This document shows, piece by piece, positions 10,807 to 21,658 of a DNA stretch of 64,000 nt; position 1 is the stretch's first letter; each line of letters begins with the position of its first letter. The notes under the pieces were generated by a model. That model ran no database searches, had not been told where the DNA came from, and saw only the letters and a program-made list of their open reading frames with translations. The translations under genes were made by a program, and so were the position numbers. The stretch lies in NCBI GenBank assembly GCA_951813565.1, contig OX638351.1, positions 3,008,001 to 3,072,000 on the forward strand, written 5' to 3'. The stretch is from an uncultured Poribacteria bacterium (GTDB lineage: Bacteria > Poribacteria > WGA-4E > WGA-3G).

Positions 10807-11366
10807 AACTTTAACTCCTCTTTGATTTTTGAAAATTGATTATCGCGTGGACAAGTATGGAGATTCAGCAAGTAGAAAACTCAGGATTCTCTGAAGTAGA
10901 GGTGTGTAGATTTTGCCACACAAAATGACTTAAGTTTCAAAAATCAGTTTAGTTTGCTAATTGATTTAAAATACCATGTCCTGTGAGTCAAGTCAACCTA
11001 AAATATATTTTTTCTGATGAATATTCCAGTGTAAAAGGTCAAATCTTGAAATTTCTGTTAAAATATCCAATAATTTTCAAGTCGTTCATAGTTGACAGAA
11101 ACAGTTGATGGTGCAATAAGAAGAACGTATTTCTTCTTGATTATAACTATGGGTAATTATAGCACTTTTATATTAGATTTGCAACTTTTTAAAGCCTATT
11201 CGTTTTCCTCGTTTGATGGGTTCTCAAAAATTCGGCAACGAGTCGGATTTAGATACATACATCAACGTTCTGTAAGAATACCTGTCTGTTGGATTTAGTT
11301 TTTCGCTTGATTTACTTCTATGTTTGGGCTAAAATAGAGGGAAATCAGATATGTATAGAACTAAAA

Positions 11367-12866
11367 ATGCCTCGTTCTGCTTACATTCTCTCAATTGACC
11401 AAGGGACAACGGGTACGACGGTCCTGCTTGTAGATGCACAAGGTGACATTGTTTCGCAAGGGTATCGTGAATTTGCGCAACATTACCCGCGTCCGGGATG
11501 GGTAGAACATGACCCTAATGAGATTTGGGATGTTACGCAAAACACTATTGTAGATGTGTTACATCAATGCAAGATAAAAAGCAGCATCTCCGTAATCGGT
11601 ATTACCAATCAACGTGAAACCACTGTTGTATGGGATCGAGAGACTGGAAAACCGATTCATCCAGCAATTGTATGGCAGTGCCGCCGCACGACCAACATCT
11701 GTGCTGAACTCAACGCACAAGAAGATATAGTAGCACAAGTAAAAGCGAAAACTGGACTTGTAATTGATCCTTATTTCTCAGCGACAAAGGTGGCATGGAT
11801 TTTGGACAAAGTGAGTGGTGCACGGGAAAGGGCAGAACGTGGTGAACTCGCTTTCGGCACGATTGACACATGGCTTCTGTGGAAGTTGACAAACAGAACA
11901 GTTCATAAAACTGATTACACAAACGCTTCGCGGACTCTCTTATTCAACATTGATACGCTTTCTTGGGATGAAACGCTTTTAGAAATTTTTAATGTTCCAA
12001 AGGCAATTTTACCTGAAGTCTGTCCATCTGCAAGTTTTTTTGGAAATGCGCAAATCCCGCTTCTCGAGGAAATTCCAATTGCTGGGATTGCGGGGGATCA
12101 ACAATCTGCCTTGTTCGGTCAACTCTGCTGGCAACCGGGAATGGCGAAGAATACTTACGGCACCGGATGTTTTCTGATGTTAAATACCGGTTCTGATCGA
12201 GTTAAATCAAAATCGGGACTGTTGACGACACTTGCTTGTAGCCTTGATGAAAAACCTGTGTATGCATTGGAGGGGAGTGTATTTATTGCTGGTGCTGCTG
12301 TGCAATGGCTCAGAGACGGTTTAGAAATAATAGAATCTGCTGAAGAAACAGAGGTTATTGCCAACCGTGTAGATGATTCAGAAGGCGTTATTGTTGTGCC
12401 TGCATTCACAGGTCTTGGCGCACCCTATTGGAATGCTGAAGCGAGAGGTGCTATCTTTGGGTTAACGCGAGGCACGACCAGCGAACATATTGTCCGTGCC
12501 ACATTGGAATCGATTGCCTATCAATCAGCAGATGTGGTCAGTGCGATGTTAAGAGATGCTGGCACGCCGCTTGAACGTTTACGTGTTGATGGGGGTGCTG
12601 TTGCCAACAATTTCTTGATGCAGTTTCAAGCAGATATTTTAGGGATAGACGTGGAACGCCCTACTCGGATTGAGACCACCGGCCTCGGTGCCGCTTACCT
12701 TGCAGGAATATCTTCCGGTGTTTGGCAGGATATTGATGAACTTGAGAACCACCGAAAAATTGACCGTGTCTTTTCCGCTCAAATGGATGCTCAGCAACGA
12801 AATGAAAAACTTGCTGATTGGCGTGATGCAATTCAAAGGTTAGACTGTGATGCAAACGGAGAATAA
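11367..12866 (+). CDS. glpK: Glycerol kinase
   Basis: [44 protein letters not shown]; start reassigned to ATG 11367. Confidence 0.95.
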   Translation: MPRSAYILSIDQGTTGTTVLLVDAQGDIVSQGYREFAQHYPRPGWVEHDPNEIWDVTQNTIVDVLHQCKIKSSISVIGITNQRETTVVWDRETGKPIHPAIVWQCRRTTNICAELNAQEDIVAQVKAKTGLVIDPYFSATKVAWILDKVSGARERAERGELAFGTIDTWLLWKLTNRTVHKTDYTNASRTLLFNIDTLSWDETLLEIFNVPKAILPEVCPSASFFGNAQIPLLEEIPIAGIAGDQQSALFGQLCWQPGMAKNTYGTGCFLMLNTGSDRVKSKSGLLTTLACSLDEKPVYALEGSVFIAGAAVQWLRDGLEIIESAEETEVIANRVDDSEGVIVVPAFTGLGAPYWNAEARGAIFGLTRGTTSEHIVRATLESIAYQSADVVSAMLRDAGTPLERLRVDGGAVANNFLMQFQADILGIDVERPTRIETTGLGAAYLAGISSGVWQDIDELENHRKIDRVFSAQMDAQQRNEKLADWRDAIQRLDCDANGE

Positions 12867-12868
12867 CG

Positions 12869-14704
12869 ATGCGACTACAATGGAAGTATTCGTTAATCAT
12901 AAACTTAACAGTTATTGCCGTGCTCGTTGCCTTCTACTTTTTCGACAGTATTCGGATACGGAGAGAGATGAGTGGGCTTCATGCCTTAGGTGCCGAAAGG
13001 GGTGCTACGATAAAAAGAATCGTAGAGAACACTATCCTTAACGCTGTCGTTACAGAACTGACAACATCACAAGCATTTAATGTCGAAAGGATTGATCAGA
13101 TTCTACTTAGACTTAAACAGACTCCTGATATGCAGGATGTTCTGAATGTCCAAGTTACTTTAGGGAATACGCGTGTGCGTGCGAGTTTGCTTACACAAGA
13201 CGGGACAACTGTTTTTTCCTTAGGAGAAGACGACATTCATCAGATTAAAAGATATGGGGCAAAAATTGATACGATGGAGGGGCAAGATGCAACAGCTGTC
13301 ATTGTTAAGTATACTATTCCACCAAAGAAGTTGGAATCTCAAACGTCCTCAAACGTTGAACAAATTCCACTTGAAGCGCTTGAGGACAAAGAAAAGTTGG
13401 TTCCCAAGGGAATTGATTTACCACCAGACACAACAGTTTTAATTGAGACAGTAAGGCCTGAGTTCAATTATAAAATAGCACTTCTTAACCAGGGGAAATT
13501 TCATATTGATTTGTATCGGATGTTTGTATCGAATAATATTGATCTGTCTCCTGATGCGACGGTGGCAATAGATGAAGAAAACAACCAATGGCAAATTACA
13601 GATACAGAAACAGGTCACGTATATAATTTATGGCTTGAGGAAAATAACTTCTGGATTCACATGACGCATGCCAATAGCGGTTATATCCGAGTGTTGTTTG
13701 ATGTGCCATATATTGCTAAATCTATCCGTTCATCACTGTTAACGCATGCGATTTTCATTGTGATTGTTGGCATGTTGCTTGTTGTCCTGATTGATTTGAT
13801 GACTAATCACTTGATTATGAAACCGCTTGCACGAATGACCGAGATCATTCAAAATGCTGAAACAGGGAACTTCTCATCCTACTTACATCAAAGTTATGGC
13901 TCAGATGAAATCAGCAAAGCTACCCGTAATTTAGTGCGGATGTTTATCCAACTGAAAACATCACACTCAAGAAGGATCTCAGCACTTGGACAATTTGCAG
14001 CGGGGGTTGCACACGAAATTCGTAATCCTTTGAATTCAATTGGTATGACAGCACAACACTTAAAAGCGATCTTTTCGCAATCCAAAGTCAGCCCGGAAGA
14101 TATTGAAGAAACCCAAGAATTATTAGATATTGTTGATGAGAAAATTCAGGACTTAAAACAGACTTCAGAACAATTTCTGACACTCAACCGACCACAGAAA
14201 CTCAATTTAGCAACGGTAAATTTGAACGTCCTCTTGGATTCTGTTTTATCTGAATTCGTCCTGGTTGCGGAAGAAGCAAAAGTGCAAATTATTCGGAATT
14301 ATGATATAGAACTTCCTGATGTGCAATTAGATGAAATGCTAATGCGTCAGACAATTTTTAATTTCGTGCAAAATAATATACAGGCAATGCCAAAAGGTGG
14401 AAGTATTTACCTTACGACAACCTTAGAAGAGATAAGCGGTGTCTCTTACGTTGCGCTTGAAATCCGTGATACCGGTATCGGAATTCCAGAGGAAAATCAG
14501 GAACGTATTTATGACGCCTACTTCACAACAAAAGAAGCTGAAGGCGGTGTAGGTCTTGGGCTTGCAATTTCACACCAGATTATTACTGCCCATCAAGGCA
14601 AGGTTGAAGTTAGGAGCAAAGTCGGCATGGGAACAGCTTTTAAAATCACCTTTCCTGTCAAAAAAGCACAGGAGATTAGTAGTGTGCAGTTAGAAGCGAA
14701 TTAG
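12869..14704 (+). CDS. Sensor histidine kinase (2 TM, HAMP, HisKA, HATPase)
   Basis: AHEIRNPL H-box, DTGIGI, GVGLGLAI. Confidence 0.92.
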   Translation: MRLQWKYSLIINLTVIAVLVAFYFFDSIRIRREMSGLHALGAERGATIKRIVENTILNAVVTELTTSQAFNVERIDQILLRLKQTPDMQDVLNVQVTLGNTRVRASLLTQDGTTVFSLGEDDIHQIKRYGAKIDTMEGQDATAVIVKYTIPPKKLESQTSSNVEQIPLEALEDKEKLVPKGIDLPPDTTVLIETVRPEFNYKIALLNQGKFHIDLYRMFVSNNIDLSPDATVAIDEENNQWQITDTETGHVYNLWLEENNFWIHMTHANSGYIRVLFDVPYIAKSIRSSLLTHAIFIVIVGMLLVVLIDLMTNHLIMKPLARMTEIIQNAETGNFSSYLHQSYGSDEISKATRNLVRMFIQLKTSHSRRISALGQFAAGVAHEIRNPLNSIGMTAQHLKAIFSQSKVSPEDIEETQELLDIVDEKIQDLKQTSEQFLTLNRPQKLNLATVNLNVLLDSVLSEFVLVAEEAKVQIIRNYDIELPDVQLDEMLMRQTIFNFVQNNIQAMPKGGSIYLTTTLEEISGVSYVALEIRDTGIGIPEENQERIYDAYFTTKEAEGGVGLGLAISHQIITAHQGKVEVRSKVGMGTAFKITFPVKKAQEISSVQLEAN

Positions 14705-14759
14705 AACTTTCCAGAAATGTAGTTGGCAGACGTTCTCTCAAAGAAAGATAAATTATAAC

Positions 14760-16172
14760 ATGTCAGTGGAGGTATTAGAAATGCCATCAATGCTGATTGT
14801 AGACGACGACCAAGCACAACTTACCATTTTACAACGTATCTTGCAACGTGAAGGATACGATGTTGAAACGGTTGAAGATAGCACATCGGCACTTGAAAAA
14901 ATTAAGGAACAGATGTTTGATATCGTGATCAGCGATATGTGGATGTCCTCGCGATTTGACGGACGTGATCTACTCCGAGAAATAAAGAAGATTGATCCTG
15001 GCTTGCCGGTGTTGATTATAACAGCGTTCGCTGAACTCAATGATGCTGTTAATCTTGTCGCGCATGAAGGGGCATTCTATTACCTTGAAAAACCGATTCA
15101 GATTGATGTACTCAAACGGGAGGTCAATCGTGCATTGCAAACGCGGGGTGTTTTAACTGAAGGTGAACCTGATTCGGACGATACGTCTTCAGAGATTCAG
15201 ATTGATTATATCGTGGGCGAAAGTGAGAAAATGCAACAGCTTTTTAAGAATATGTTCAGAGTCATTCATCGAGGTGTTAAGCAAGTTCTCATCACAGGCG
15301 AAACGGGAAGTGGTAAAAGTCTTGTCGCACGTGCACTACACGAATATGGAAATCGCAAGGATCATCCTTTTGTCTCAATAAATTGTGGGGCAATTGCAGA
15401 GACCTTAATTGAAAGTGAACTGTTTGGACACGAAAAGGGAGCATTCACAGATGCTGTTCAGCAGAAGAAAGGTATTTTTGAGGTCGCTGATACCGGGACG
15501 CTTTTTCTTGATGAGATCGGAGATATATCTATCCAAATGCAAAGCACACTTCTTCATGTCTTAGAAAAACATGAGATACGAAGGATTGGCGGCACCCAAA
15601 ACATTAAAGTGGATGTATGCGTAATTGCTGCAACGAATAAAAATCTGGTAGAAGCTGTGAAAGATGGCACATTTCGTTCTGACCTTTACTTCCGTTTGAA
15701 CGTCATTCCGCTCCATCTTCCACCGCTTCGTGAACGTGTTGAAGATATTCCGCTACTGGTTAATTTTTTGATCCAAAAGTTTAGCGATGAATACGTGGAT
15801 GCAGTGCCGAAACAGGTTTCGCAGCGTGCAATGTCTGCGCTTTGCCGTTATGATTGGCCCGGGAACGTGCGCCAATTGGAAAACTATCTCCATCGTATCT
15901 ATGTTTTGTCCGAAAATACTTCTATTGACTTAGATGAACTGCCCCCAGAAATTTTGGATACCTCACTGCCATCAACGGATTTTGAGATTGACATTCCTGA
16001 GAGTGGTGTTGCTTTAGATGAGATTATCAAGGAATATGTGTGTGCAGCTTTGGCAAAAACGAACGGCACACAGACCAAGGCGGCGGAATTGTTGGGTATT
16101 TCTCGTCGCCAACTTCAGCATCGCATGCAGAGTTATGGATTGCAGAGTCAAGATTTTAAAGAAGGTGAATAG
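14760..16172 (+). CDS. Sigma-54-dependent response regulator (NtrC family)
   Basis: Receiver IVDDD; GETGSGKS, ESELFGHEKGAFTDA, WPGNVRQL, Fis HTH. Confidence 0.93.
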   Translation: MSVEVLEMPSMLIVDDDQAQLTILQRILQREGYDVETVEDSTSALEKIKEQMFDIVISDMWMSSRFDGRDLLREIKKIDPGLPVLIITAFAELNDAVNLVAHEGAFYYLEKPIQIDVLKREVNRALQTRGVLTEGEPDSDDTSSEIQIDYIVGESEKMQQLFKNMFRVIHRGVKQVLITGETGSGKSLVARALHEYGNRKDHPFVSINCGAIAETLIESELFGHEKGAFTDAVQQKKGIFEVADTGTLFLDEIGDISIQMQSTLLHVLEKHEIRRIGGTQNIKVDVCVIAATNKNLVEAVKDGTFRSDLYFRLNVIPLHLPPLRERVEDIPLLVNFLIQKFSDEYVDAVPKQVSQRAMSALCRYDWPGNVRQLENYLHRIYVLSENTSIDLDELPPEILDTSLPSTDFEIDIPESGVALDEIIKEYVCAALAKTNGTQTKAAELLGISRRQLQHRMQSYGLQSQDFKEGE

Positions 16173-16213
16173 TTGAAATTTAAAGGTCTGAGAAATTTAA
16201 AGGTATTCTTAAT

Positions 16214-16242
16214 TTGACAAAAATAAGATTCGCGTGTATAAT
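16214..16242 (+). promoter_or_regulatory. Consensus sigma70 promoter
   Basis: TTGACA-17bp-TATAAT. Confidence 0.7.
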
Positions 16243-16296
16243 TTGGCAAAATTAGGTGAAAAAACGTGAAATTTCGCAAATTTCTTAAAAATAAAT

Positions 16297-16325
16297 TTGA
16301 CATTGCCCGAAACTTATGTTATGAT
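16297..16325 (+). promoter_or_regulatory. Second sigma70 promoter (extended -10)
   Basis: TTGACA-17bp-TATGAT preceded by TGn. Confidence 0.65.
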
Positions 16326-16574
16326 ACCTGCATTAAGTCATATAAAATTGGGAAATGAATAAGAAGGTTGCACTGAAGGGGTTTAACAGTGAATAACCAA
16401 TATGTAGATTCCACAATTCAGAAAATTATCTTGTCATTGGAGTGCCCGTATGTTCAAGGACAAGGTTTGTGGATTCATGTTAACTATCAGTTAATCATCC
16501 CCCCCCTTCACATTCGTTAATTTTATATATTACAAGGTTTTATCGCAGGAATTATATGCTGCGATATTTTTGTA

Positions 16575-16604
16575 CCCGCACGGCGTATTCCGTTGCGGGC
16601 TTTT
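16575..16604 (+). terminator. Putative intrinsic terminator
   Basis: cccgcacgg-cgtatt-ccgttgcggg stem followed by ctttt. Confidence 0.45.
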
Positions 16605-16717
16605 GTTGTTGCATTGCGCTATGTTTGGATAGCGATGCAACTTTTTTGTTTGAGAATAACACGAGATCGTGATATTATATTCCATGTCTCCTGTTATTGT
16701 TATAATTAAAGGAAGGC

Positions 16718-17299
16718 ATGAAAGGTTCACAAAACGGTAAGTTTGAGAAGTTTCCGAGAACACCTGTGGATTGCCTGCTTGAATCGCTGCGATTCGCGAA
16801 GGCAAAACCGCATATTCCAAAAGGTGCGTGCTTATTGGATATCGGGGCTGGTGACGGTGCTTTCTTACGGCACCTCAACGGACATATCCACACTGGTGTT
16901 GGAATCGATGCGAGTCTAACCCAATCTGTAGAATTTGGAACTTGCCATCTCCTAAAGGGGTCCTTTCCCGACGACTTCTCCGAAAACAGAACCTTTGATG
17001 TCATTACGATGTTGGCAACTGTTGAACATATCCTGATGGACGTGCTTCCAAAGGTCGCGGATGTGTGTTGGGATTACCTCAAACCCGGTGGGCGTATTGT
17101 TATTACTGTGCCTCATCCGCGCATGGATGGACTTCTGGATTTCCTGAAAACTTGCGGGATAGTTGAGGGATTCTCTATTCATGAACATTATGGATTTGAT
17201 CCTGAATGTCTCCCAGATATTTTTAACCGTTGGCAACTTGTTAAAAGAGAACGTTGGGGTTTTGGATGCAATAACCTTTTCTTGTTTGGAAAACCGTAA
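16718..17299 (+). CDS. Class I SAM-dependent methyltransferase
   Basis: LLDIGAGDG, FDVITMLATVEH, LKPGGRIVITVP. Confidence 0.88.
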   Translation: MKGSQNGKFEKFPRTPVDCLLESLRFAKAKPHIPKGACLLDIGAGDGAFLRHLNGHIHTGVGIDASLTQSVEFGTCHLLKGSFPDDFSENRTFDVITMLATVEHILMDVLPKVADVCWDYLKPGGRIVITVPHPRMDGLLDFLKTCGIVEGFSIHEHYGFDPECLPDIFNRWQLVKRERWGFGCNNLFLFGKP

Positions 17300-17347
17300 T
17301 TGCTACCCCAACGATGGTGTGGATTTATTACGAAAAAGGAGACCATT

Positions 17348-17752
17348 ATGTTCGTCAAAAAATTGTTAGTTCGACTTTTAATTATTGTATTCTTAGCTGG
17401 TATTACTGTAACTGTATTTTCGGCAACTTACGTGCAGGATGTTGATTGGGCTGATAACATTAGTTATTTTTATGCCGCAACAAAAAAGATGGTAGGAGAT
17501 TCAACCCTGCACGCTGTGGCGAAAGGTAAGTGCACTGGAAAAACAGTCAAAAACGGGTACTACGAACTTAATGCCTATGCCCCTGGTGGTGCCGCGGATC
17601 CTGGCCTTAAAAAAGGCAATTATAACGGGGAATGGAATATGCAGATAGAGGCGTGGGGGCATAATAACTCATCTGGTAGTTATGGGGCAACAAGTAAAGT
17701 AGGTGGAACAGATAAATACGGAGATTCAGATGAGGCTAATGCAAGTATATAG
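17348..17752 (+). CDS. Small secreted hypothetical protein with N-X-S sequons
   Basis: RBS aaggag, ATG 17348, signal peptide; NIS, NNS/NSS, EANAS. Confidence 0.75.
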   Translation: MFVKKLLVRLLIIVFLAGITVTVFSATYVQDVDWADNISYFYAATKKMVGDSTLHAVAKGKCTGKTVKNGYYELNAYAPGGAADPGLKKGNYNGEWNMQIEAWGHNNSSGSYGATSKVGGTDKYGDSDEANASI

Positions 17753-18013
17753 TGTATTTTACAATTAACTTGACATTTTGATTTGTAGAGGAACTCCGAA
17801 TCTCGGCTGTCAAAGCGCTTAGCCTTGATTCGGAGATCGCTCTACAGAAGATGTGTCTATAATTTTGTTATAATGCACTATAACTGTTCTAATTGCAATA
17901 AACCTTCCTAATTGAAGGGTGTCTTTTCGATATATTCGGACAGGCACCCGCCGTACTACTGCTAATGTTTAACGGACACGGAATAAATCACCTTTCATTA
18001 GGAGGTAATTTAT

Positions 18014-18787
18014 ATGAAAACAAAATTAATATGGATACTCGCGGCCCTCATTGTACTCCTTGGAAGTTTCGGCATTTTCATACTTATACAGTTACAGTTT
18101 AACAAATATAGCCCCAAGCCGGAACTTGTTTTGGGGCAGGCTACAAAAGACATATTGCAAAATAGGCGGAAGCCCTCTACTTTGCAACAACAGCACGTTG
18201 TAAAAAACTTTCCGCCCACGAAAAACGAAGAAAACGTTGAGGCTACTGGGAGCGTTCCGACAGAAGATACAGCAGCGTCTCCTGACAAAGATGTTAACAC
18301 ACGCCCAGAGAATGCAGTTGATGCGGTAACCGAAACAGCAATAATAGAAACTGAGGAAAACATCCGGAAGTCACTCTTTGGTTTTGGCACATACCCCGAA
18401 GTCCCGTTAGGACTTTTTCCACATGGGGAAGAAGTTTGGGATGAAATAGAGAGTTTATACGAAGATGATAGTCGTCTTGCACGAAATGTGGAACTGATGG
18501 TGCGGCTTCGGATAAAGCTTTGGGAACTCGGTACAGAAACTGTCGGTGCGTCTATGGAAAACGGTCTCATCTATCCATCTATCCCTAATGTTGCCTATGT
18601 TACCTACGGAACAAGAGAAACGGAAGATGGCAAAACGAAACAATATATTCAGAGTATAACGGGGGGCGGGGGCCTAACGGCGGAAGAATACGAAATGGTT
18701 GAGGCAGGCGTAACCCCTCTGGGCTGGACAATACTATCTCATGCAAGCGGGGGCATTGATCCCTACATGTTTTTAGAACTTGAATAA
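18014..18787 (+). CDS. Membrane-anchored hypothetical protein
   Basis: RBS aggaggt; N-terminal TM helix, low-complexity linker, globular C-terminus. Confidence 0.75.
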   Translation: MKTKLIWILAALIVLLGSFGIFILIQLQFNKYSPKPELVLGQATKDILQNRRKPSTLQQQHVVKNFPPTKNEENVEATGSVPTEDTAASPDKDVNTRPENAVDAVTETAIIETEENIRKSLFGFGTYPEVPLGLFPHGEEVWDEIESLYEDDSRLARNVELMVRLRIKLWELGTETVGASMENGLIYPSIPNVAYVTYGTRETEDGKTKQYIQSITGGGGLTAEEYEMVEAGVTPLGWTILSHASGGIDPYMFLELE

Positions 18788-18839
18788 AAGGATTATCTTG
18801 AAATTCGTGAGGGCATATTTGCCAATAAAGGTATAATTT

Positions 18840-21290
18840 TTGAAAGCATTACTTTCGCGGTTTTGGCATCTCTCAAAACGGGTTGTTTTCCCAAGTGCGT
18901 TAATCTGTGCTATTTTACTTCTTGGTTTCTGGATACGCATTCAAGGAGTAGCACAGATACCTGAAGGACAATTTACCGGGGCCGACCCGTACCTCTATGC
19001 AAAACAGGCTGAGCAGATTGCTGAACTTGGCTCCCTTCCTGCCAAGGATATGCAACGGTGGCTCCCTCTCGGCAGAGACAACGGACAGTTGTTGTCCTTT
19101 TATGCATACGTTCTTGCTTATACTCACAAGGTTGTCAACCGGTTTTTCCCAAAACTTACACGTTATCACATCCAACTCTACGCACCTACCGTCCTTTTTA
19201 CGTTGGGGCTTGCTGCGCTTTCACTTTTTCTTGTACAGACGCATGGTATCGCTTTTGCCTCTATTGTTGCGATGCTTTTGGCAACTATGCCGGGGAATAT
19301 TAGCCGGAGTATGGCAGGTTTCAGTGACCGGGACGCGTGGATATGGTTTATCGCCGTTTTGGCTGTGATATTTTATTTGTGGAAAGAACGGGTGGCGCCA
19401 GGTTATCGTAGGTACCTCATCACAGCTGTATCCGGTTTTACTGTTTTCCTTGGTGGGCTTTCATGGGAGGCGTTTGGTTTATTTGTAGTCATTATTCTCT
19501 GTGTAGAGTTATGGAAGTTCTGTTCTACAAGCGCAGAACAACACCTAAAAGAATACATTTTATGGGTGTTCATGTTTGTCCCCTGGCTACTCCTTATTAG
19601 TCCTGTTTATAGAAGTGGATACGGATTTACGACACACGTAGCAGCACTTATGATACTTCCGTCGCTCATCGTTTTAGGAATACGGGGGACAAGGCATATA
19701 CTCATCTGGCGTTTTTTATGGTGCCGCACACACCCGCGACTTCTATCCCTGGCTCTCGTGTTCATTGCAATAGTAATAGGCATAGGATATGTTGTCAGCC
19801 AAGCGCATACCTTTGAACTTACAGCATACCCACTTCAGAAGGGAAAATTGATGCAAAATGTTAATGAACTTATACCTCCCACTCTTCTACTTTGGATTCA
19901 GCGATATGGCGGGATATTTGTTATCGGGAGTGTGGGGCTTGCACTCGGAAGCCTTCAATATTGGCAATGGAAGGGACTTGCTCTTTCTGTTTATCTCTCA
20001 CTCTTTTTTGCATCTACTTTCTTTCGCGAACCGCTTAGCATTTTAATAGGTGGTGTTTGGTGTGATAGGATATTCGCAGCTTCTATCGTCCTCATTGGCA
20101 TCGGCATCGGCATCACATGCTGGCAACGGAAAGAAAAAAATAAAAATGAGTTGGTTATGCTTGCTGCTATCATCTGGTTCTTGTTGTGGGGAGTTCTGGC
20201 ACGCAGTGCCACGCGACACTCCTTTTTTATGGGCGTACCACTTGCTTTCGGAACAGCTTCAATTCTATGGAGTTTTCCCGTTTATCTGATACAGTGGTTT
20301 AAGGATAAAGAGTATTTTTACCCACATATCAAAGAAAGAACCGTCACCGCTTGCATCGCTATCAGTATCTTAATACCTGTCTTGTTTTGGAAACCGATAG
20401 GGGGACACGCAACACATGCTATCCATGCAGCGTCACTACGCCCCCCAATACCAGGGAAAGGAAGCCTTTTGAAAACGTTTCAGTGGATGAAAACAGAACT
20501 CTCACAAGATAATGTAGTGGCTGCGACATGGGATTTGGGTACACAACTTAATGTACTCGGCGGTGTTAAGACAATTATTGATCCTGACCATTATATTCAG
20601 CATTGGATACTTCTCTATTACCGGCATGTCTTCTTAGCACAATCCGAACAAGAAGCACTCTCCTTTTTGAAGACACACCATGCCACACATCTGATGTTGA
20701 CAGATATAGGGGTCGCTTTCAATTCAGAGCGATATTCTGTCCTTGGGAGTGATAAAAACAATGATAGAGAGTTCAAATTTCATAAACTCAAAAAAATTGA
20801 TACGCCGATCGGAACACCTATTCGAATAGTACCCAAACTACAAGTCATCCCTCTGGTGTATACTGATATTGCCGCACAAACACACGAAGATGTCACTGTG
20901 ACGGCTAATTTTAGAAATCACAAACCTGTCTCCAAGACGTTCCGACTTAACACGAACAGAGAAACAAAAAAAGCGATAGATGTTGAAATTGGCGGACTCA
21001 TTCTTTATTTTGATATTAAAAAACGGCTGCGGAACGTCTATTATGTCCCCCCTATTGGATGGAGTTGCCTTGCCGTAAAGTTGTTTATGCGCGATGAATA
21101 TAGTGAAGCGTTTGTGCCAGTTTATCCTAACAATAATGATGATATAGCTGAAGTAAAGGTGTGGGAAATACACTATCCTTCGGAGATAGAAACAGATGAG
21201 AAATATCTCGCTACGGAGCCCAAAGGATCACGTCACAAATTCAGGATACCACGACACTCACACAAAACTGGACACCTCAACAAGAAGTAA
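18840..21290 (+). CDS. STT3/AglB-like oligosaccharyltransferase (GT-C)
   Basis: ~13 TMs; GADPYLY, SRSMAGFSDRD, ATWDLGTQLNV (WWDYG equivalent), KTIIDPD. Confidence 0.78.
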   Translation: MKALLSRFWHLSKRVVFPSALICAILLLGFWIRIQGVAQIPEGQFTGADPYLYAKQAEQIAELGSLPAKDMQRWLPLGRDNGQLLSFYAYVLAYTHKVVNRFFPKLTRYHIQLYAPTVLFTLGLAALSLFLVQTHGIAFASIVAMLLATMPGNISRSMAGFSDRDAWIWFIAVLAVIFYLWKERVAPGYRRYLITAVSGFTVFLGGLSWEAFGLFVVIILCVELWKFCSTSAEQHLKEYILWVFMFVPWLLLISPVYRSGYGFTTHVAALMILPSLIVLGIRGTRHILIWRFLWCRTHPRLLSLALVFIAIVIGIGYVVSQAHTFELTAYPLQKGKLMQNVNELIPPTLLLWIQRYGGIFVIGSVGLALGSLQYWQWKGLALSVYLSLFFASTFFREPLSILIGGVWCDRIFAASIVLIGIGIGITCWQRKEKNKNELVMLAAIIWFLLWGVLARSATRHSFFMGVPLAFGTASILWSFPVYLIQWFKDKEYFYPHIKERTVTACIAISILIPVLFWKPIGGHATHAIHAASLRPPIPGKGSLLKTFQWMKTELSQDNVVAATWDLGTQLNVLGGVKTIIDPDHYIQHWILLYYRHVFLAQSEQEALSFLKTHHATHLMLTDIGVAFNSERYSVLGSDKNNDREFKFHKLKKIDTPIGTPIRIVPKLQVIPLVYTDIAAQTHEDVTVTANFRNHKPVSKTFRLNTNRETKKAIDVEIGGLILYFDIKKRLRNVYYVPPIGWSCLAVKLFMRDEYSEAFVPVYPNNNDDIAEVKVWEIHYPSEIETDEKYLATEPKGSRHKFRIPRHSHKTGHLNKK

Positions 21291-21294
21291 GGAC

Positions 21295-21426
21295 ATGACA
21301 GCAAACACAATTACATACGGACGAGTTATTTTAACCTTTCTCGTTATGGCATGTGGTTTTATCACAGACTGGAAAAATCCTATAGTAAGCCAATTACTTG
21401 AACACTACTGTAGCACAAACTCTTAG
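21295..21426 (+). pseudogene. Probable truncated CDP-alcohol phosphatidyltransferase fragment
   Basis: MTANTITYGRVILTFLV resembles the PgsA-family N-terminus; ends in a REP. Confidence 0.4.
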
Positions 21427-21658
21427 TTTGCGCAGCTACGCAACACAAACTAAATGAAGTTTAAGAAAATAAATCGGTATAATGTGGTGAGGTTAGGAAA
21501 CCTCGCCGGCAAGGGGTACATCTGTCTCGTGCGGACAGAAAATTACCGAATTAAAAAATTAATCTTCATACAGTTTGTGGGACAACACAGACGGTAGGCG
21601 AGGTTTCCTAACCTCGCCGATGCAGAGTGTCAAAATAATTCTAAAATCTACCATATTT

